From positions 1-42,278 of the forward strand of contig JAEOUG010000049.1 in the NCBI GenBank assembly GCA_016839445.1: a stretch of DNA of 42,278 bases, written 5' to 3'. Below are positions 37,379 to 42,278 of this stretch, one piece after another. Every line of letters begins with the position of its first letter. The stretch's first letter is position 1. This stretch comes from Candidatus Thorarchaeota archaeon. GTDB taxonomy: Archaea > Asgardarchaeota > Thorarchaeia > Thorarchaeales > Thorarchaeaceae. A model generated the notes under the pieces. It saw nothing but the letters and a program-made list of their open reading frames with translations. It had not been told where the DNA came from and ran no database searches. The translations under genes were made by a program, and so were the position numbers.

Positions 37379-38176
37379 CTACGACCGCATCTTGATGATG
37401 ATCACAATCACAATCACGGCCGCTGCGCCGCCACCTGCGATGAGTAGTATCATCGTGGAGTCACCGCCGCCGGTTCCTTCTCCGGTGCTGCTTGTACCAG
37501 TGCTGGTTGTGTCAGTACTGCTTGTGTCAGTAGTAGATGTAGTGGTTTCGTCTGGGAGCGGCGGTTCGTATTCAACATTGATGTTGTCAATCGTTGCGCC
37601 TCCAGTCCCGGCAAAACTGAAGTAGAAGGAGGCATTGTCCAGATAAGGCACAAGCATCAGTGTGTTCAGTGCGAGGGTCCCATTGTGGTACACCTTGATG
37701 TGATTTGGGTCATCTCGCGTCCTCTGGATTCTGAAGTGGTGTTCCCATTCCTTCACTGCCGAGAAGGTGTCGTACACAGTGAGGCCTCTACACAGCATCC
37801 ATGAACCGAGGAACTCCATGTGTATCCCGTCCCAGGCATCAGCTGAGTAACCATCTCTCATGAAGTTGATCATGACGTGACTGGCGTACTCCGGGTCAAC
37901 ACCGAGCTCAACATCGAAGGTCCAGTTCCCGAATGTTGCATTGCTCGGATGAAGGATCACAGGAAATGACGGCCCGGGAGCCAACCCTGTCGATGTCAGT
38001 TTCCCATCAGTGACAACAAACTCTCCCATAGTGATATTCCAACCATCGTAGTTCCCGTCATCGAAATCCTCGGACCAGTCAAATGTCTGGGTCTGTGAGA
38101 CGACCTCCGCAGGAACGGTTAGGGCCAAGATGAGCCCCACCACGCCGATTAGTACCAAGCTTCTTCGTTTGTTCAT
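37379..38176 (-). CDS. Secreted, membrane-anchored beta-sandwich (ConA/LamG-like) surface protein
   Basis: Signal peptide, WSEDFDDGNYDGW motif, KVYHNG, IDNI, Thr/Ser linker, C-terminal TM helix. Confidence 0.75.
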   Translation of the reverse strand: MNKRRSLVLIGVVGLILALTVPAEVVSQTQTFDWSEDFDDGNYDGWNITMGEFVVTDGKLTSTGLAPGPSFPVILHPSNATFGNWTFDVELGVDPEYASHVMINFMRDGYSADAWDGIHMEFLGSWMLCRGLTVYDTFSAVKEWEHHFRIQRTRDDPNHIKVYHNGTLALNTLMLVPYLDNASFYFSFAGTGGATIDNINVEYEPPLPDETTTSTTDTSSTDTTSTGTSSTGEGTGGGDSTMILLIAGGGAAAVIVIVIIIKMRS

Positions 38177-38241
38177 CTCGTTTCCTCCTCATTGGATTAC
38201 GTCCAATGATATTACGTGTCATATAGTTACATTGATATAAG
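38177..38241 (-). promoter_or_regulatory. Promoter/operator/5'UTR cassette, copy 2
   Basis: 38209-38241 matches 37259-37291 at 27 of 33 positions; identical ggaggaaacgagATG. Confidence 0.75.
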
Positions 38242-38314
38242 CATATCGTCTGTTATAAATAGACCATTAAGATGGAGAAGATTAGGCAAAAGATGCAGAA
38301 CTGAGGACTAAGAC

Positions 38315-38641
38315 ATGTCGAAGGAAAGGAAGCAGAGCACGACCCGAGAGACCCTGCGCGAGCAGATCATGGGAAAGAGCGCAGAGACCGAGTTCGACAC
38401 AAGCAAGAGAGAAGTCCACGTCATGACCCGCCTAAGCGAACGGATTGTGGAGGCCATCGACGCGCTGGTAACACTCAATGTGTTCAACAGCAGATCCGAA
38501 GCGGTGGCAGCCTACGTAGAGAACGCCATCATATCAGATGTAGAGCTTTACGAGAGCCTCATCAAGAAGGCCAAGGAGGTCTCGGAGATGCGAGACTCTG
38601 CCATGGACTCTATCCTAGAAACCCTTCAGAAGAGCAAGTAG
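38315..38641 (+). CDS. Ribbon-helix-helix (CopG/Arc/MetJ-type) transcriptional regulator
   Basis: VHVMTRLS beta-ribbon, 'EAIDALV....FNSRSEAV' helix-turn-helix junction; TATA ttataaata upstream. Confidence 0.82.
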   Translation: MSKERKQSTTRETLREQIMGKSAETEFDTSKREVHVMTRLSERIVEAIDALVTLNVFNSRSEAVAAYVENAIISDVELYESLIKKAKEVSEMRDSAMDSILETLQKSK

Positions 38642-38748
38642 TAGAGCCAATCGGTTCATTCAGGGGGAGAGACCAACACGCCTGAGCTTGCATGAGAGTC
38701 CTAAGAGCCCGACCTACGTTGCAGGCTGGAAGTGAGCCGAGGAACGTG

Positions 38749-39795
38749 CTAGAAGACTGCCTGAACCAGCTCCTCAGCGGACTGGAACTCCTGCAGGCTA
38801 CCCTCGAAGTGCTGTAGAACCGTGCCAAACTCGTACTCGAAGCGAGTGGTGAACTCCTGGACCTTCTCGAGAAGAACCTTGTACGGCTTCCTCGCAATCA
38901 ACACACAGGTGAAGGTGGTTCCATGGGCAAACAGGATATCGTACTCCCCGATTGAAACTATGTTGAGACCCCTCTCACTGCTGGTTATCTCTTGAAAAAG
39001 AGACTGCACACCAGAGATGCCCGCTGCCGTCATGACTTGGTCAACATCTCGATTCTGCACAAACTGATGATGCCAGGCAAGAATGCCACCAACCTGTATC
39101 ACATACAACTCAAGGATCTGCTGGTTCCAATCAAGCTCATCCAATGCTGGAGAGTTGGAGAGATGATATCCAAAGACGAGGATTCCAGCATTGAGCAGAA
39201 GAAGGCTCAGGGTGTACGCGGGTTCACCGAGCGAATACCCGGTCTCTGAGCGCCCGATGAATCCGACCCAGCCCATGAGGAATCCGACGACAACCCACTG
39301 TAGGCTTCTGCGAACATCTCCAGCAGTACTACTCCAGGTGTAGCGCAGGAATAACGCAATCCCAATCAGGGCGAGGATGGACTCGAAGAGAGCCAGTACT
39401 TCGAAGAAAGCCCTTGGTATGAAGAGGGGCAAGAAGGTTGAAACCACCCCGATGAGAGTCAGCAGATGATATGTCTTGTACGGGAGAACGAGTTCCATCG
39501 CCCCGAAGAACGCAGTGATAGCTAGCATTAGTGCGATATATCCCACTGAGACGAACGCCGTGTTCTGGGGCTCAGTGGTCATCCAGAAGTCAGAGATGAT
39601 GAACGCTACTGAGTTGATGGACAACCCAAGAAAGAATACCGACCAGGCAAGGCGAATATCAACACGCTTCTTGTACTTGTCCTTGAACCATCGACCGAAG
39701 AACATGACACAGAACAGAACGGAGTAGAAAACTATGCCTGCCTGAAGCATCAGGAAGAAGTCGCGTGTCATCCCAGCCTCTTCGAACAGCGGCAT
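38749..39795 (-). CDS. 7-TM membrane protein fused to a C-terminal longin-like domain
   Basis: Seven hydrophobic segments, then LYVIQVGGI...AGISGVQSLFQEI...F...FE.EF, a pattern typical of Asgard longin-like domains. Confidence 0.72.
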   Translation of the reverse strand: MPLFEEAGMTRDFFLMLQAGIVFYSVLFCVMFFGRWFKDKYKKRVDIRLAWSVFFLGLSINSVAFIISDFWMTTEPQNTAFVSVGYIALMLAITAFFGAMELVLPYKTYHLLTLIGVVSTFLPLFIPRAFFEVLALFESILALIGIALFLRYTWSSTAGDVRRSLQWVVVGFLMGWVGFIGRSETGYSLGEPAYTLSLLLLNAGILVFGYHLSNSPALDELDWNQQILELYVIQVGGILAWHHQFVQNRDVDQVMTAAGISGVQSLFQEITSSERGLNIVSIGEYDILFAHGTTFTCVLIARKPYKVLLEKVQEFTTRFEYEFGTVLQHFEGSLQEFQSAEELVQAVF

Positions 39796-39864
39796 TGAGT
39801 CTCATACTCCCAGTTGATAGACTCCTTCTCATTGTGCCCAGACGTATTTGAGTGAAGCTTGGAT

Positions 39865-40479
39865 TCACTGCCACTCAATCATACCCCGGAGAACATTCAG
39901 GGCAGGGGGCATCTTGTCGGTATCCATCTTCTTGCTAGCCTTCAGATCCGCGTCGCTATCAAAGGATAGCTGCTTCAGGCGCGAGCAGGAGAACAGAGGG
40001 TTAATGTCCACCTCTGAGAGGTCATTGAGCTTCAGAGAGAGGTTGCTGAGCCTTTTGCAGTTCTTGAGTGGACTGAGGTCAATCGAGGCCAATCTGTTCT
40101 CGTAGAGGTGCAGGGTCTGTAGGTTCGGACAGGCCCCTAGGGGCTCTAAGTCTATCCTCGCTAGGTCATTAAATGAGAGGTCTAGGTACATCAGGTCCTT
40201 GCAGGTTGCGAGGGGGCCAAGGTCTATTCGTTCCAGTTTGTTGCTGCCGAGGGACACTTCCAGCAGGCTCGTGCACTCCGCAAGTGGCGAAAGATCAAGT
40301 GTGGGCAGCTCGTTTCCAGAGATAGTGAGCACTTCCAAGGCCTTCAACTCGCTGACGGGCCCAAGGTCGGTCGAGAAAATCCGCCGGTCACTAAGATCAA
40401 CCTGTGTGGCGTCGGGCTCGAACCGCTCAACAACCTTGCCCCCGCTCTTGGTCTCGCTCCAGACAACAATCTCATCCAT
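39865..40479 (-). CDS. Leucine-rich repeat protein
   Basis: About six 24-aa LxxLxLxxNxLxxIDLxPLxxC repeats. Confidence 0.93.
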   Translation of the reverse strand: MDEIVVWSETKSGGKVVERFEPDATQVDLSDRRIFSTDLGPVSELKALEVLTISGNELPTLDLSPLAECTSLLEVSLGSNKLERIDLGPLATCKDLMYLDLSFNDLARIDLEPLGACPNLQTLHLYENRLASIDLSPLKNCKRLSNLSLKLNDLSEVDINPLFSCSRLKQLSFDSDADLKASKKMDTDKMPPALNVLRGMIEWQ

Positions 40480-40695
40480 TGGGAACTACTCGTTTGGTCA
40501 CAACCGGATGCAGTGTTAAAGGTACCTACAGAAGAAACAGGCAAATGGCACTTGCTTTCACAGACACACTCGATGCACAGCTGTCCTGAAAGGCAAGAGT
40601 GAGGGAGTAGTGATCAAATCTCGGTGAAATCTTCCGATTCATCTGCGTGCCTCAAAGCACATTGCATATTGACTGCGTCTTCATTTGGCCTCCGC

Positions 40696-40744
40696 AAAAG
40701 AAAACTGGGTAGGGATGGCCGCCTTGACAGGAAACCATCCCTAC
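40696..40744 (-). terminator. Stem-loop plus T-tract downstream of the surface-protein gene
   Basis: Perfect 10-bp stem gtagggatgg/ccatccctac, then ccagttttctttt on the minus strand. Confidence 0.6.
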
Positions 40745-40760
40745 AGACGCTATTCCTGTT

Positions 40761-42278
40761 TCATGTCGCTCTTCGCTTCCGCAGGTACAGACCTCCCAGA
40801 GCTAGCTCGAGAAAGAGCAGGCCACCAAGTCCCCCGATTGAGATGACAAGCAGTGAATCTGGCTCGCTTGCCCCAGGCGGGTCGATATGGAACTCCATCA
40901 AGTCAGACGCCTCCCAGTAGAAGTCTGTGTAACTTGCACTGACATGCGCGCCGACCGTGTAGATCCCCTTAGTGAAGACTGTCTTCAGGTTGGCAATGGT
41001 GTCATCTGAGGTCCACCCATACCAGCCAAAACCATAGTCGACGAGCTCCGCGGACACTATGAGATCAAGGTCCTGGTTGATGATTGTAAGGTAGACTGTC
41101 GCGCCAACGATAGGCTCGTTGGTCTCTGGGCAGCCAAGAAAGACTGCGATTGTTACTGGAATGGTCTCTTTCTCGAGGTAGTCGAAGTCGCCTATCAGTT
41201 CCAGTTCGAGCTGTCGCATGCATCTGATGTAGACTTCCTCAAGCCACGTGTTGCCATGTATGTCCTGACACTCAAGCGTGAACCAATGCTCACCGGGTTC
41301 CAGAGATGACGATGTCACTATTGAGCACTCGAGTATGTTGATTGTCGCTGTCGAAGTGATGTAAGTGTAGCGAGCAATGTCCGAAAGGTAGAGACCGTTT
41401 AGTCCCACCTCTGACTCATAGATACGGACGTATGAGACTTCGGACAAGTCCTCTATACGCACACTCCCTACAACTTGAGACGCGCGAGTGTAGGTAACAT
41501 CATGTTGGACATTGACCACAGGAACAGGCGCAGTTGTATCCTGTACAACGACGACAATCGCAGTCGACAGGATGTTGCCGTACAAGTCCGCTATCTGCAA
41601 TTCGAAAGAGTACTCTCCCACGGGGAGCATTCCCATGCTGTTCAAGAATCCCTCCGCGTAGATCCAGTCAGCCCCAGTTGTGACCATTAGGCCAACGACT
41701 TCGAAGTTGACTGTATCAGATACTGTCACCGCACCTAGCTCTGAGTAGTCACATACCTCGAAGTGGACCGATAGTGTATCGCCAAACTCAAGCAAGTACA
41801 TCGAGATGGGCTCTTCAACCCACTCAGGTGCAGTCAGGTCCTGGACATAGATAGTGATTTCCTTTGTCAGCACGTTACCGTATGGGTCCTGGAATTCCAT
41901 CGCGAGTGGGTACTCTCCCAGGTCCAGAGGATATGCAGTGGAGATGGTATCTGCGCCCAGAACGAAGTTTGCTGTATCGCTAATCCAGCTGGTAGAAACA
42001 CCAGACGCATCCCAGACGCTGAACCCAAACTCGAAGTCACCATAGTTGATGGTCAAGTCCTCAGGCTCGACCAGCCACTCTGGCGATCTTGTATCCTCGA
42101 CAATGATGGAGAATTCGACAAAGAGTGTGTTGCCCATTGTGTCGACTATCTCAAGTGTCTGGGGATATGTTCCAACGGGGTTCATCTCAGACTGAACCAA
42201 CGAAATCCAACCCTCTTCTTCAGGACTTGTGGGCACATTCCAAATCCCGTCCCAGCCCGGTTCATCGAGCCATGAGGC
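40761..42278 (-). CDS. Large cell-surface protein with tandem Ig-like repeats and C-terminal TM anchor (5'-partial)
   Basis: Repeated D.YGN....I.V.DTxxP.W units; TM helix plus basic tail; frame open to the window edge. Confidence 0.82.
   Translation of the reverse strand, partial: ASWLDEPGWDGIWNVPTSPEEEGWISLVQSEMNPVGTYPQTLEIVDTMGNTLFVEFSIIVEDTRSPEWLVEPEDLTINYGDFEFGFSVWDASGVSTSWISDTANFVLGADTISTAYPLDLGEYPLAMEFQDPYGNVLTKEITIYVQDLTAPEWVEEPISMYLLEFGDTLSVHFEVCDYSELGAVTVSDTVNFEVVGLMVTTGADWIYAEGFLNSMGMLPVGEYSFELQIADLYGNILSTAIVVVVQDTTAPVPVVNVQHDVTYTRASQVVGSVRIEDLSEVSYVRIYESEVGLNGLYLSDIARYTYITSTATINILECSIVTSSSLEPGEHWFTLECQDIHGNTWLEEVYIRCMRQLELELIGDFDYLEKETIPVTIAVFLGCPETNEPIVGATVYLTIINQDLDLIVSAELVDYGFGWYGWTSDDTIANLKTVFTKGIYTVGAHVSASYTDFYWEASDLMEFHIDPPGASEPDSLLVISIGGLGGLLFLELALGGLYLRKRRAT

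Noticed and set aside
37470-37546. Short imperfect repeats encoding TTSTTDTSS (similar ones at about 5510-5550 and 7430-7480)
   Set aside because: Low-complexity Thr/Ser linkers, not CRISPR or mobile repeats
1-42278. Selenocysteine or pyrrolysine read-through, tRNA, CRISPR, transposases
   Set aside because: No gene appears interrupted by an in-frame TGA or TAG, and no convincing SECIS, cloverleaf, repeat-spacer array or transposase motif was seen by eye

Overview
Gene-dense archaeal chromosomal window with about 34 CDSs. No rRNA, tRNA, CRISPR array or recognisable transposase was seen. An arrestin-fold protein, a 7TM-longin fusion, an LRR protein, tandem TPR proteins, membrane-anchored family-5 solute-binding proteins and an archaeal MetRS together suggest an Asgard archaeon, probably Thorarchaeia-like (inference, not a search result). 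Ordinary genes include a P-type ATPase tail, a radical SAM enzyme, GNATs, a methyltransferase, an ASKHA/RACE activator, a GH38/MFS/fucose-isomerase cluster, an aminotransferase, a heterodimeric ABC exporter and metG. The most unusual items are: (i) a candidate mini-regulon at 35.8-38.6 kb, where two unrelated secreted-protein genes share a promoter/operator cassette and a 5' hairpin conserved in structure but not sequence, next to a ribbon-helix-helix regulator; (ii) a tandem TPR pair with a much more divergent central region; (iii) an apparently inactive RadA paralog that keeps the FxxA motif; (iv) two circularly permuted orphan solute-binding proteins; (v) recurrent hairpin plus T-tract terminators. 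All family calls are by motif recognition only.
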